Source of the DNA: the human T2T-CHM13v2.0 reference genome, Homo sapiens
Reading direction: 5' to 3' (one strand)
NCBI RefSeq assembly: GCF_009914755.1
Contig: NC_060936.1
DNA: 64,000 bases
Each line of letters begins with the position of its first letter. Within the stretch, counting starts at the first letter, position 1. The notes under the pieces were generated by a model. The model was not told the origin of the DNA and made no database searches. It saw nothing but the letters and a program-made list of their open reading frames with translations. Shown piece after piece: positions 44,241 through 58,881 of this stretch. The position numbers and the translations under genes are program-made.

Positions 44241-45904
44241 ACTCTTAACATTCAAACTGGATGCTGGCCAAGACCCACTGACATTAGCCGAATATGATTA
44301 TTTCTCTTACTTTTATGTAATTACCAACCAGTTAAATAGATCCACATTACTTTTGTTTTTTAAAAGTTTTTGTGGCTTTGCAAAAAGTGCAAAACATTTA
44401 CTTTACTTTACTTTCGACATATGCATTCTAAAGTCACACCACACTCCTTAACTTCATCTCATATTGCAATGTGGCGAAGTTTATTTTCCCTAAAGAGTGC
44501 CATATGTGTCCATACTCTTTTTTAGCATTCCTATCCCAGACTATCCTGTCACATGCAAACACAGAGGATTTGGGTTTGATGAATCCCAAACAACAGAATA
44601 AGTTCTTTCTGTGACGTCAAGCATCTGGAGAGTATTCATGCAAATGCTGTGTAACATAACACAGAATCTGGTTTATATATTACAGAACATCTCCAAAAAT
44701 ATTGGGCAGTTTGTATTTTTGGTAACAGTAGCCTCAAGGAGACAAATACAGGCTGAATATAGATGGGCACAGCTCCTTTTGACAGCATGTGTCTATGCCC
44801 AATAACAACCAATTTTGGAAATGGAGCTTTGCGTTTCAGAAATGCCTAGAAAACCATGCAAGAGAGACATCTCGCCCCAGTGGGCAGGAAGAGCATTTTA
44901 TTGCCAGTTCTGCCTATGACTTTCTTCAGGATCTTGGACAGACTGTTAACACAGAATGTCTGTTTCTTCAGCTATAAACTGGGCAATCGCAGTTTATAGC
45001 TATATAACTTTTTCAAGATCTTATAGGGAAAAAAGAGGATTACAGAGACATTGGAGAAAGGGAGTTAGAAAGAAATGGAAATAGCTATCTTATGATTTAA
45101 AAACCTGATTGTGCAAATATCTCATTCAAATTCCATGTACATGAAGAAATATTTTATTTGTAATAATTGGACTTATGTTAAGGTATTTCCTATAAGAAAA
45201 TTCATTAATAAAATAAAATAAAATTTTAATTCCATTTGACAGTTATATGATTTACTTGTATATGCGTCTCCTGTGATTTTCTTGATGTCTCATTGACCAG
45301 ACCTTTCCCAATACAACATGTAATGACAAGGACCAGATTTCCAGAACTGGGTGACCTTTCCAAAGTAACAACATTTGTTAGGCCTTGTATTAGCAGACTA
45401 GGTTGCATTGTCAATTTACTTATCTCTAATTACATCAAATATATGACCAGAAGGCACAGCTTAAAAGGAGGATGGGTTGTTGGACAAAGTTGACCAGTCT
45501 TGAGATAGGTTAACCATTGTAGAATGTATAATCTCCATTTAAGAGAGTTGAAATGGATGTGTCACCAACAAAAGACATCCACATATCAAGGAAAAAACTG
45601 TTCAGAATGTTAAAAGTTTTAGATTACACATCCTTGACTTAAGAACACGTATAAAAAGAGACAGTGCAGAACTTCAGGAGAGGAGGGACTCAGCAGAGAA
45701 AGGACAGTCCTGGGAAGGCAACTGAATGGAAAGTAGTAGGTCAGAGTCACCATGTTGGAGGTAGGTACTCATCACCAATATGGGTGAAATAGGGAATTGG
45801 GAAGAAGAATGGAAATAAATAGGGCTAACCAGCCTCAAAGATTGAATGAGAACATAGGATTCCTCTGCAAAGTTGCCTGCCTTTAAAAATACAATCATGT
45901 GAGG

Positions 45905-48900
45905 AAACACTTCTAGAATGGTGATGTGAGGAGCCCATGGACACTCTCTCCAGTGAAACAAACATGACTGGTGAAAATGATAACTATAACCACCACTTAA
46001 AGTCTCTGAAATTTGTTCTATGGTTATACGGAAAAGGGAGAAACATTTATTCAAGAAAATCTTCTTCAAGAAGACATTTATTCAAGAAGAAAATCAAGAA
46101 GATTTTCTTCTTGATTTCACCACACCAACATGGCACATGCATACATATGTAACAAACCTGCACATTGTGCACATGTACCTTAAAGCTTAAAGTATAATTA
46201 GAAAAAAAAAAAAAAAGGTGAAAAGGGGCCAAGAGCCAGGGAATGCAGGCAACTTCTAGAAGCTGGAAAAGGCAAGAAAACAGATTATCTCCTAAAGCCT
46301 CCAGAAAGGAATGCAGCCCTGCTGACTGCTTGATTTTAGCCCAGTATGACCCATTTCGGATTTCTGACTTCCATAACTGTTAAATAATAAATTTGTGCTA
46401 CCAAGAAAAAAAAAAGAATATCTATTAAATCTAGGTAAGAACAGTGAGAACCTGTGGCATCTGAACCATGACTCACCCTCTTTTCCTCCCACCTCCCATG
46501 ACTCGCCCTCTTTTCCTCCCACCTCAGCAAGATGATCATTCTAATCATGGTGAATGCAGTTAAGGATACAGGACTCCATTTCCCCCTAGCTCCCTGTTAA
46601 GGCTATGGTTTCTCTTTGAGACAGGCAGGCCACCAGCATTTCTCATCCCACCCAAGTCTGTACTGCAGAAGTTGTATTATAGGCAAGAGTAGCTGAGAGT
46701 CTGAAGCTCCCTTCTTCCACCCAGTCCCTACTCACAGAGCAGTCAATCTATCCCAGGCATGGTAGATCAAGCACACTAGGCCTGAAATGTCCCCACAAAA
46801 AATCACTGGTAAGGCAGACACTCCATGCTGACAAGGTCAAAAGCCAAGAAGACCAGGGATTACTGCCATGACTCAGCACTCTATTTATTGAGCAGGGGTG
46901 TTACTCTGAGGAATGGGCCACTGTCCCTGTCCCCAGATCCACAGTATTGCAGAGCTTCTTCCCAGGGAGAGAATCAAGTTGTAAAAATAGGAAATTCACT
47001 AGCTTTTCCTATTGTGACTAGCTTATTTGGAATAAAACCTGGAGAAGTTCAAGTTTAGGTACTTTCTGGAAAAGAAGATTTTAGTGGTGTGTTGTTAAGA
47101 GGAGGGTAGTAGCTCAATGAAGGCAAATGGTAGATAAGATTGAAGTTTAACAGAGAGAATCAGGGAATGAGGCAGCTAAGAAAGGCTCTTCTTGGGGACT
47201 TTCCTGATCTCAAAAACAGACTATAAGACTAATTGAGGCCATGGGGCCTCTATTTAATTGGATCAGATTATGGAGTTATTTATGCCCCCAAAATATTGTT
47301 GAAAGAATAGGGAAATCATCTAGCAATTAGTGGAGACTAAGAGCTAAGCATGATATCAGTAGAGACAGACCACGCATAAACTCAACACAATTTCAGGGAA
47401 AGAGAACTGAAGAAAGCCCACCTAAGACTATTGTTATCCCTGAAGGAGAGGAGCATCACGGTCACTGTGCATGCCCAAGACTGTGCCCACTGAGGAGTAA
47501 CATCAAAGGCTGCACACTACAAGGGAAATAGAATTCACTGAAACAGTTCAGCCAGGTAATTAAAAAAAATACACAAACAAAGAAGTAAACGATAACCATA
47601 ACAAGAAGCCTCAAAAGGGAGGGTGAAATCAGTAATCACAGTTGCTAAAATACAGTACCTGAAATGTCCAGTTTTCAACAAAATTAATGAGGCATACAAA
47701 GCATGATGCATACACAGGAAAAAAGTCAAGAAAAACTTCCTTTGAGAGATATCAGATGTCAGACTAAGCTGACAAAAACTTCAAAGCAGCTAATATAAAT
47801 ATGTTCAAAGGACTAAAGAAACCATGTTTAAAAAAGTAAAAGGAGGTATGATAACTGTGTCTCATCAAATAGAGAATAACAATAAAGATGAAGATATCAT
47901 ATTTTACAAAGAGTCAAAGGAAAACTCTGAAGATGAAAAGTACAATAATCAAGATTAAAAAATTCACAAAGGGGCTGAAATTGTCTACTGGAGCTAGTAG
48001 AATTCGCAAACTTAAAGGGATGTTAATGATGCAATCTGAAGAACAGAGAGGAAAAAAGAAGAAGAAAAATGAATAGGGCCTCAGAGGAATGAACGCACAC
48101 CATTAGGTGCACCAACATATGCATAAAAGAAGCATCAAAAGGACAGAAGAATTAAAAAGAGCAGAGAATATATTTGAAGAAATAATGACTGAAAATTTTC
48201 CAAAATCAGTGGTATATATTAAAATAATGACTGAAAACTTTCCAAAATCAGTGAAACTTATTAATTTACCCATCCAAGAAGCTTAGTGGACTCCAAGCCA
48301 AGTAGACACAAAGAGATGCACATCAAATATGACACAGTAAAGACATTGAAAGACAAATGCAAAGAGAAAATCCCCAAAAACACCAAGAGAAAAAGGACCA
48401 CATCCATGGAACCCAATAAGATAAACAGCTGACATCTATTACCTACTTAGAAGTCAGACAGCAGTGTGATGACATATTCAAAGTGCTGAAAATAAAAAAC
48501 TGTACATCAATAATTTTTAATAAGCAAACCTATCATTCAGAAAGGAAGGCAAAATAAAGACACTCCTAGATAAACAAAACTGAGAGGACTTCTTGCTAGC
48601 ACATCTACTTTACAAGACATACTAAAGGAAGTTCTTCAGGCTGAAATCAAGTAACATCAGACATTAATACAAATCAACTTAAAAAATCAAGAGTGCTGAT
48701 AAAGTTAATTATGTAGATAATTATAAAATACGCTATAATTGCATATCTCTTCACTTTTCTTATTTTAACTGATTTAAAAGCAATCGTATAAACCAAGGTG
48801 TATATAAGTATATTATTGACCTGTAATATATAGACATGTAATATATTTGACAATAATGGCACAAATAAGACAGATGGAAGCAAAGCTGTTTTAGAGTTAG

Positions 48901-51230
48901 GAAATGACACAAGACGATAAGTCAAATCCACAGGAAGAAATAAAGAGAACCAGAAATACTAAATGAGAAGGTTTACGTAACAAACTCTGTGAATATACAA
49001 TTGCTCTATCTTCTCTCATATTATCTAAAAGACATAAAATTATTTAAGTTAATATAATACCAATATGTTGCAAGTTTGTTGCCTTTATAAATGGTATATG
49101 TATAACAAACATAGCAGAAAAAGAGAAGAAATAGGTCATTTATAGTAGTACTGTCTTTATATTTCACTGGAAAGAGAGGAATGTTCAATAGTAAAATGTA
49201 AAGTACATTCTGATAAGATATATATTGTAAGCCTTTGAATAACCACTAACAAAGCAATTCAAAAATAATGAAAAAACTGAGGAAATTAAAATGTTACACC
49301 AGAAAACATTCACTGAATAAAAAGAAAGCAGTAAGGAGGAACAGTTGAACAAAGACAACATGAAACATATAGAAAACAAAAAGTAAAATGGCAGATGTAA
49401 ATCCAGACATAGCGATAGTGATGTTAAAAAAATCCAATCAAAGGCAGTAATCCAACAAAATACTCTATAAGAGACATTCTTAAGAGCCAAAGATATAAAT
49501 AAGTTGAAAGTAAAGGGATGAAAATATATATAGCAATTCTAACAGAGCTGGAGTGGCCACACTAGTATCAGATAAATTAGCCTTTAAAACAAAAACATTA
49601 CTGTAGATAAAGAAGAATATTTTATAATAATAAAAAGGTCAATATGTTAGGAAGTTATGACAGTTATATATTCGTGTACAACAAAATCTCAAAATAAATG
49701 AAACAAAACAAAATACATAAAAGATTGAATTGAGAAACAGACAATTTAAAAATAATAGTTGCAGAGTTTCAGCAGATAGAACTAAGCAGAAGATCAACAA
49801 GAAAGAAAGAGTTGAACAACAATATAAACCAATAAGGTCTGTAGTCTATAGAACACTTCACCCAACAACAACAGAATGCACATTCTTCCCAAGAATGTAT
49901 TCAATGTTTTCCAGGACAAACTATATGTTATGACATAAAATAAGCCTCAATAAATTTAGTGGATAAAATAACACAGAGCGTGTTTTCCAGTCACAATAAA
50001 GGTTGAAATCCAAAAAAAGAAAATTTGGGAAATTTACAAATATGCGGAAATTAAACTCCACACTCTTAAATAACCAATATACCAAAGACCTAACTATAGA
50101 TAATAGAAAATAAAATAAATGAAAGGAAACACAACATACCAAATATTTTGGGATGCAACAAAAGAATCGATTAAAGGAAAATTTATGACTACAAATGCCT
50201 ATATTAAAAAGGAAAAATAATCTCAAATCAATAATCTACCCTTCTACCTTAAAACACTGGAAAAAGAAGAGCAGAGGATTGTAAGGGAATACTATGAACA
50301 ATGTGTGACAACCAATTAGTCAACTTAGATAAAACAAACAAATTCCTAGGGAGACATAACTACCAAAACAAATTCAAGAACAACAAAAATTTGAATACAT
50401 CTATAATAAATAAAGAGAGTAAATTGGTAATTAAAACAACTTTCACGAAGAAAAGCCCAGGCTCAGATGGCTTTGCTGGTAAATTCTACCAAACATATAA
50501 AGAATAATTTTTTTGCAAACTCTTCCCAAACAGTACAAGAGGAAAAAACACGTCCCGCTACATTCTATAAGGCCACTATTTCTGTGATACCAAAATGAGA
50601 CAGATATCACAAGAAAAAAAATGATACAACAATTTCTACTACAAATATGAATGAAATATTCTCAAAAAATAGTAGCAAACCAAATTTAGCAATATATGAA
50701 AATAATTACATCCCATGACTAAGTGGGATTTATCACAGGAACGCAAGGTTGTGTTTCAACATATAAAAATAAATCAGTGTGGTAACACTCTATCAATCCA
50801 GTAATGGACAAAAACCACAGGATCTTCTCCACAGAAAATCCAGCATCCTTTCATAATAACACTTAAGCTAGAAACAAAAGGCTGTGTCCTCAACCTGATC
50901 AAGGACATCTAGAAAATACTCCTAGCTGACATACTTAACATACACATGAAACTAACATACTTACTGCTGAAGGACTGAATGCCTTTTGCCTAATATTGGA
51001 AAACAAGGATGTTCACTCTTGCCACTTTTATTCAGTATTGTAATAGAAGATGTAGTCCGCACAATAAAACAAGATAAAGAAATTAAAGATATCTAGATTG
51101 AGGAGGAAGTAAAATTATCTTTATTCACAGATGACATCACTGTGTATAAAGAAAATCCTAAGTAATCTACTGTTACAACTAATAAATGAGTTCAGCAAAG
51201 TTGCAGAATTCAAGATCAATCCATACAAAT
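45905..51230 (+). mobile_element. Old L1M element (5'UTR-ORF1-ORF2 remnants)
   Basis: ORF2 remnants such as KKSPGSDGFAGKFYQTYKE (50301-50507) and TTATTCACAGATGACAT; ORF1-like region at 47800-48650. Confidence 0.75.
46063..46413 (+). mobile_element. 5'-truncated L1PA 3' end + poly(A) + MLT1D segment + poly(A) (putative 3' transduction)
   Basis: L1PA tail 46118-46200; A15 at 46202-46216; MLT1D-like 46217-46404 with AATAAA at 46386; A tail; TSD AAGAA(A/T)ATCT at 46053-46062 and 46414-46423. Confidence 0.7.
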
Positions 51231-52660
51231 ATAGGCAAAAATTGATTATTTATTTGGGCCCCAGATTTGGGTTCTCCTTACCAACCACTCTACCTGTCAA
51301 AGCCTTCTTAATGTTGAGCTGGAACCTACTGCCCTATTAATGCCTCTGGAGGAACACAAGCAACCTCACTCCTCTTTCATGGTAGTTCTTTAAATATGTA
51401 AAGATCGTTACCATTGTCTCTCACTCTTTTCCTGGCTACCTTCTCCATTTTCCTTAGTTGACATGATTCAAACCCTTCTTTCTTTCCTGTGATCTCCTCC
51501 TACTCCTAAATAGATTGAAAATGATGTTTTACAGACAGAAATTTTAAAATAACTGTAATGTTCCAGTGTCAAATAAAAATAAATCCTTCAGTCTTGCTAT
51601 TTTGTTTTGGAACCTTACGATTATATTAGGTTGTTTATAAATCACTCCCTGACCTAAAGGAGTCATACTGAACTCATGCTGGGCGAAGAAACACCTATGT
51701 CTTTTTCATGTAACATCACCACTTTCCGTTTGAGTTTCTGGACCTAAGTTAAGATGTATAGATTTATTCAGGTTCTTACTCATTTTAGCCTGTAGTTCTA
51801 GTGTCTCTTGATCTCCTTTAAGTTCTCTAACAGAAAATGTCCTCTCTTCCTAATATAAGCGTAACTTAGATGTCATATAATGAAAATTATAAATGGAATA
51901 GTCTAAGAAGAGACTATGACAAACTATTAACTACTTCTCTTCAAAATGATATCAATATAGTAATTACCACTTGTCTTAGGTAGTAGATTTGATTCATATA
52001 TTCAATTAGCAATGAGTCACCTAAAAGTGCTATATTCATCTAGCTTACAATTCTTCATCTATCATAAAAATGTTCTTTTCATTATCTATGTAAAATCTCT
52101 AGTTAATAATGTGAGAGAATATTTTCTTCTAGGAAAACATGCTCTGTATTGGAAATCATGGAAATGACATAAGAGCATGTGAAGAGAACTCTAGAAATAA
52201 AGGATAAAAGCGAGAATAAAAATATGAAAATGTATTCAATATACATTTTATTGATAACAGACTGTCATTTGGAGGACGTTACAGACCCAGGAAGCTAATA
52301 GAACTGATGTCAGCAGAAGTGTATGAAAGTCACATGCTTGTGATCCGTTCCTTTGCCTTTTGACAAATATCTATTCATTTCCATGGACTAAACGGAAAGA
52401 TGAAGAAACTGATAACACATTATGGAAGAAGAAATAGAATCTGTTTAAAATTATTGTTATGCCTTTTAAACAAACCCAAAATTGGCAAAGATGCTTTTCC
52501 TCCAAAGGTTATCTATAACCTTTGAAACAAAGCGCATATGTGAAGTTTTGCATTTCTATTTACTTATGTTTCTTGCAATATTCTGGTTAAAAAAATGAAT
52601 GAAGAGAAGCTATAATTTTTTTCACAAAGAAAGAAAATTAATCAAACAAATATGAAATAC

Positions 52661-52752
52661 CTGTGGGCATCTGAAAGCACTGTAGCAATCTCCAGCTGTG
52701 GCAAATGGAACTGCATTTCCAAATATTGTTTTGGAAAAAAGAAGGTCCGTAG
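52661..52752 (-). CDS. ADAMTS20: ADAMTS20 coding exon (GON domain), 92 nt
   Basis: Acceptor ttttctag|CT, donor CAG|gtattt. Translates (T)[30 protein letters not shown] (GON motif TAGDCYS). Confidence 0.96.
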
Positions 52753-53999
52753 CTAGAAAATAATAAATAAAACTCTTTAGCATGGAGACAATAATGCAAT
52801 CGTTGTTGTCAAACACAGAGTTTTCTTATTACTTACTTAGTAAATATACATATTTATATATTAATTTTAAAATTTTAAGCACAAATGCCACAATTCTGGT
52901 ATATATCATAGAATAAGCTCTCATTGAACAAATTTTGTTTAATATAAAAATGTTCATATCATAAATTGCCCTAACAAAGGGCAAGCACATTTGTAATTAA
53001 ACAGAAGAGTTAAAACGAAATAAATGCATTATTACATTTGAAGTCATAGAATATCTGAAATAGGTAAAGTGGGGTCAGGAGCAAAATCACTGGAGAAAAA
53101 AGGGTTATGTAAACATAAACGACAAAACAATAAAATTGAATGCTTATAAACAGCACATACAAAAATTCATTTAGGTAATTCAAAATCTCTCCACAAAAAA
53201 GTATGCCATTTTCTTTTTTTCGTGTCTTATTGCATTATGTTATTCTTTTTATTTTTTTCAAACTTACTTTTGCTAACAGTGTTAGCAAAATTTCCTGACT
53301 GGTAATAATGCTGAAGAGTCTACATAAAGTATCAAAAATAGAGCCATTGGATTAAAACAGGCTGGAAGGAACACTAAAAGTCAGCTGCTTCAATCACCTA
53401 TTCATGTTTGAATCAAATATTATCCCAACCAAATCATCTAGCCAGTGGCTGTCACCTCCACTATGTATTCCAAATCTCTTCACTTTCAAGACTGCAAAAT
53501 CACTGCATGTCCCAGGATGACATCAGTCCTTCAGAGGCAATTCCCAAAGGTAGCATTTCTGGAAATATTTGTCATATCTCCAAAGGGCAGTTTCAAAAAC
53601 CAGGAAGCTCTCCATGGTTTACCAGAGCCAGCTTGTACCAAATAGTGAGAGCCAACTCTGTGCATTTCTTCCCAAGCCCAGGTACAATGAGGTCATGTTG
53701 GTAGCTCATGATTGGTCAGGGTGGGAATACATACACCATGTATATATTAGTGCCTGACACCACAAATCAGACTTTTTCTTCCCTGGATAACTGGTCGTCA
53801 TTCATCTGCACACCACTATTTATTTGTGGCATTTGTGGATTATGCTGGGGCAGAGCAGAGACACAACTTTCAAAGCATCTATTGTTACTAACTCCAAAAG
53901 CATGTCAGTCAACAGCCAGTTTCATCAGCCAATTACACAATGATGACTCATAAGTATATATTCCAGTCCACCTGACTCTGATGAGTTACAGAACATATA

Positions 54000-56560
54000 T
54001 CAAATTCCTATTGGGCATCATTACTTGGATGACCTACAGATATCTGTAATTTAACATGTTCAAAGCTAAATGCATTATCTTTTTCTCCAAATTTATTTGC
54101 CCTGCTCTATTTCCCATTTCACTAAACTGTACTACCATCTGTCTTGTTATTTTAGAAACCTTTCTAAATATTCCATGTCACTAATTCTCACACCCCTTCT
54201 ATCAGAAAATCCTGTAGTGTCTACCTCTTTAATATTTCTCAAATAGGTATCCTAACCCATGTTCCCAGTACTCATCACTTTTTATCTGAATTGTTACATT
54301 CGCTTCCTAATCATTTTTCATGGATACAATCTGTTCTGCCTCCAACCAACTCTATTCCTTCCCCTGCTTATGCCTTTATGCCTTTATTCCAATGGTTCCT
54401 ATAACTTGCAAGATAAAATTCAATTGTATAGTTTAGTATGCACTGTTCTTCATGATCTGCTCCCTGCGAACTTTTCTAATAAGCTACCATCCCCCAACCT
54501 ACATTTGATTTATGTTAGACAAAACTAGACTGCTTTTTATTCTCTGATATCGCCAAAATGCTTCTCCCTTCCATGCTTTTGTTCATGCTTCTCCCTCCTC
54601 CTAAAACTCATTTTTTTGCCTCTTTTGTTAACTCAAAGTTGTCTTGAGATTGTTCAAACTATCTGTTCCTATAAACCTCTTGAGAAAAGCGAGGACTTTT
54701 AATTCAACAGATACTTATTTACAATATATTTTGCATTGGGCAGTATTATAGATATTGCGAACACAACAGTGGGTGAAACAGAGGCCAATGGAACCTGAGT
54801 CTTACCAGGAAGAGACAAGTTATAAAACAAATATTACAGTATGTTAGGGGTGATACTTGCTATGGAAAGAAAATAAAGCAGATAATAGAATGGGGAGGAA
54901 GAGAATTTAGTGGTGGAGAGTGGTTCTGGATGGTCTTATTTAGAAGATAAATTTCAGCAGAGACCCAAAAGAAATGAAGGGGTAAACCACACAGACAGCT
55001 ACAGATGAATGTTCCCGGCAGATGGAACAGTAAGTGCGAAGGCCTTAAGATGGGGGCATGCCTGGTGTGTTCAAGGAACAGCAAACAGGCCACTGTGTCT
55101 GTAGTAGGAGTGATCATGGGGCTCAGGGCAGCAGAAAACTGAGAGGGAATAGAGGTGGAAAGGTCATGGTGACTCTTGTTGACCAGTGAAATGCACAATT
55201 TTGTCCATAACAGCATGCACATTGAAAATTCACCTGACAGAAGTTGATGATGAATTACATGTGGGTGTGGAAGAAAGGTAGAAGTTGAAGATGTTGCTAG
55301 GTTTTAGCTAGACTAAGTAGAATATTATTGGTGGCATTTACTGCAGTGGTAAACATTTGGGTTTGACAGCAGGTTTGGCAGGAAATGTTAGAAGTTCAGT
55401 TTTGGATACATTGAGTTTGACATGCCTATTAGACATTCATATGAATATGCTGAGTAGACAGTTGGATTTTGGAGGTTAGGGTAGCAATCCAAGCTGGAAA
55501 TGTGCATTTGGGACTGTCATTTAATAGATGGTACTTGAAATCTATAAATTTAATGAGATTCCCAAATAACAACTGAATCCTATAGCTCCTCAACATTCAG
55601 AGTTGTAGAAGATGAAGAATAACTTGCCAAGTCGAGAAACAGTGAGAAAGACAGGAGAAAGAGTGGTCAAGAAAGACACAAAACCATTAGAGGATGGTGT
55701 CCTGGGATCCAAATGCTGCTGATGCATCATGTAAGATGGAAAACAAGACTTTATCATTGAATTTAAGGAAACAGGTTATTGATGACTTTGATAAGGACTG
55801 TTTCCTGGAAGTGACATGAATAAGAGATTGATTAGAGTATAGCATGGGGAAAGAGAATTGGAGAGTGCAGATTATAACTCATTTAAGAAATTTTACTATA
55901 AATGAACACAAAGAAACTGGTCAGTGGCTGGCTGGAAAGGTAGAGGTCAAGATGATTTGCTTGTGATTATGACGAAAGAAATAAAATGTTTCTCTATGAA
56001 GAATTTAAATGATTCAGCAGCAGAATTGAGGATGTGAGAGAGATTAGGAAATATGCTGAAATAACGTTCTTGAGTAGGTACAAGGCACTGAGCCTAGAGG
56101 ACAAGGAGCAGGATTTGCCTTGGATGGGAGCATGAAGAGTTCATCCAGAGTAAACAGGAGAAAGCAAGGAGATAGGTAAAGATTCAGGTAGGCTGGTAGA
56201 TGTGGCAGTGGGAACTTGAGCAATTCCCTTCTGGTTCTTATTTTCTCAGTGAAATAGCGAGCAAGATCACCAGCAGTGAGTTAGTAGAGTGGAGGTATTA
56301 AAAATTTTGAAATTTGAAGCTACAGGAGAAGGTATAAGTTAGACATTTAGAAAAGTAGGAGAGAGAATGGACTAGGGAAGTGCAGTAGGATTATTTGGCA
56401 GTGCCATGGATCCGTGTAAGCTTAGTACTCATGTGTTTAAAATGGTATCAGTCAGAAGGGCTGTGTATTATTTGCCACATTCAGTTTTATGCTGCAAGCA
56501 CAGAATGGGTGGAGATTTAATTTAATCAAGGCTGGATTTTTACCATGCAAGTTTAAGGAA
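54000..56560. mobile_element. L2 LINE fragments (minus ~54000-54690, plus ~54700-56560)
   Basis: L2 motifs such as TTCAGTTTTGGATACATTGAGTTTGACATGCCTATTAGACAT and GGTGTGTTCAAGGAACAGCAA; boundaries approximate. Confidence 0.7.
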
Positions 56561-56777
56561 GAAAAAGAGAGGAGAAACTGTATATATTTGACATTGCATG
56601 CTTGCATGCTCTGGGCCCAGACCAATGCCTGGCAAAATGGCAGCTTTGTTAAAAAGCAGTCTAGTTAACAGCAAATAAGCTATTGAGTGTCTATTAGAAA
56701 CTTAGAGCGCTAATAACATACTTATAACCATATACATCATTAAATAATAACCAATATTTATAGAGCATGTACTCTAT

Positions 56778-56996
56778 CAGGGATGTCTAATCTTTTGGCT
56801 TCCCTGGGCCACACTGGAAGAAGAATTGTCTTGGGCCACACATAAAATACACTAACACTAAGAATAGCTTATGAGCTAAAAAAGTCACAAAAAAAATCTC
56901 AAAATGTTTTAAGAAAGTTTACAAATTTGTGTTGGGCCACATTCAAAGCTGCCCTGGGCCACATGAGGGCTGCAGGCTGTGGGTTTGACAAGCTTG
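56778..56996. mobile_element. MER30 (hAT-Charlie MITE)
   Basis: CAGGGATGTCTAATCTTTTGGCTTCCCTGGGCCACAC...GGGTTTGACAAGCTTG. Confidence 0.85.
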
Positions 56997-57016
56997 TATT
57001 ATATGTAAAACAATGA

Positions 57017-57348
<332 letters not shown>

Positions 57349-58113
57349 GAAATATCATCTCTTAATCCTCACCAAACAAGAATAAAAAAAGAAGGAAAGA
57401 AAAAGGAAATGAAGAAAAAAACCTTAGTAATAGTTTCTCATTTTACACATGAGGGAACCGAGGCTTAAAGACATATGCCCAAAGTCACAGAGCTGATAAA
57501 TAAAGAATTACACCCAGACAGTCTAGAGTTTATTATTGTAACCATAGTAATATAATGCTTCCACACTGTAGTAGATGGTGGATGTTCAGTAAATGATAGC
57601 CATCATTATTAATAATAATGGTTCATAATTTTATGACTATAATTTATATATTATATATTCATGCATATACTGTCTTAATTTTTTTTATTGCTTTCTATGA
57701 CTTATGCACCATGCTAGGCACTGATGATTCAATGGCAATTGAGATGGAGTCTCTGCTAGTGAAATGCACTTTTTTGCCTCTTCATGTAGATATGTAACTT
57801 TCTGGACAGCAGCCTGCATTTGCCAGGTGCATATGAAGTTCTATAAATACGTTTTGACTTGATTGTATTATAAATTACTTTCTAGATAAGCAGTATGATC
57901 TATAATCTAAGGTCTATGAGTAGGACTTTTTTTCCCTAATGCCAGTACTAACTGTATGAATGGAACAAATTGCTTAACTTCCATATTACTTACAACATTG
58001 TGATATAGTATCTGCCTTAACTAATACAAGAGTGTTAAAAAGGTCAAATGAGATAATGTATGGGAAAATACCTGATAAATTATCATTAGAAACTAATGTA
58101 AATGATTACTTTA

Positions 58114-58580
<467 letters not shown>

Positions 58581-58747
58581 TCATTGCAGAGGAAGTATGT
58601 AGCTAACTGTTTTTAAAAAAAGTAAGTAATTTTTGCACAATGTCAGGTCCTTCTCTGTACCCTGGCTACAACATATACCAACATATTGTTTGACGTTCAT
58701 AAGCAAATGGAGGCTTTTTGATTTTAAAATATAGATTGAGCACTTAC

Positions 58748-58881
58748 TTTTAATTTGCATGGAAGTGAGATCAATTCTTATTTTGCTGAAAACAGTGTAT
58801 CCAGCAGCTAAGTGTCCATTGTCACATTCACAGTCTTCCCTTCTACTCCCATTAAAAGGACATTGATATGGATTTTTTAGT
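58748..58881 (-). CDS. ADAMTS20: ADAMTS20 coding exon (GON domain), 134 nt
   Basis: Acceptor gttacag|A, donor AAAA|gtaagt. Translates [44 protein letters not shown]. Confidence 0.95.
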
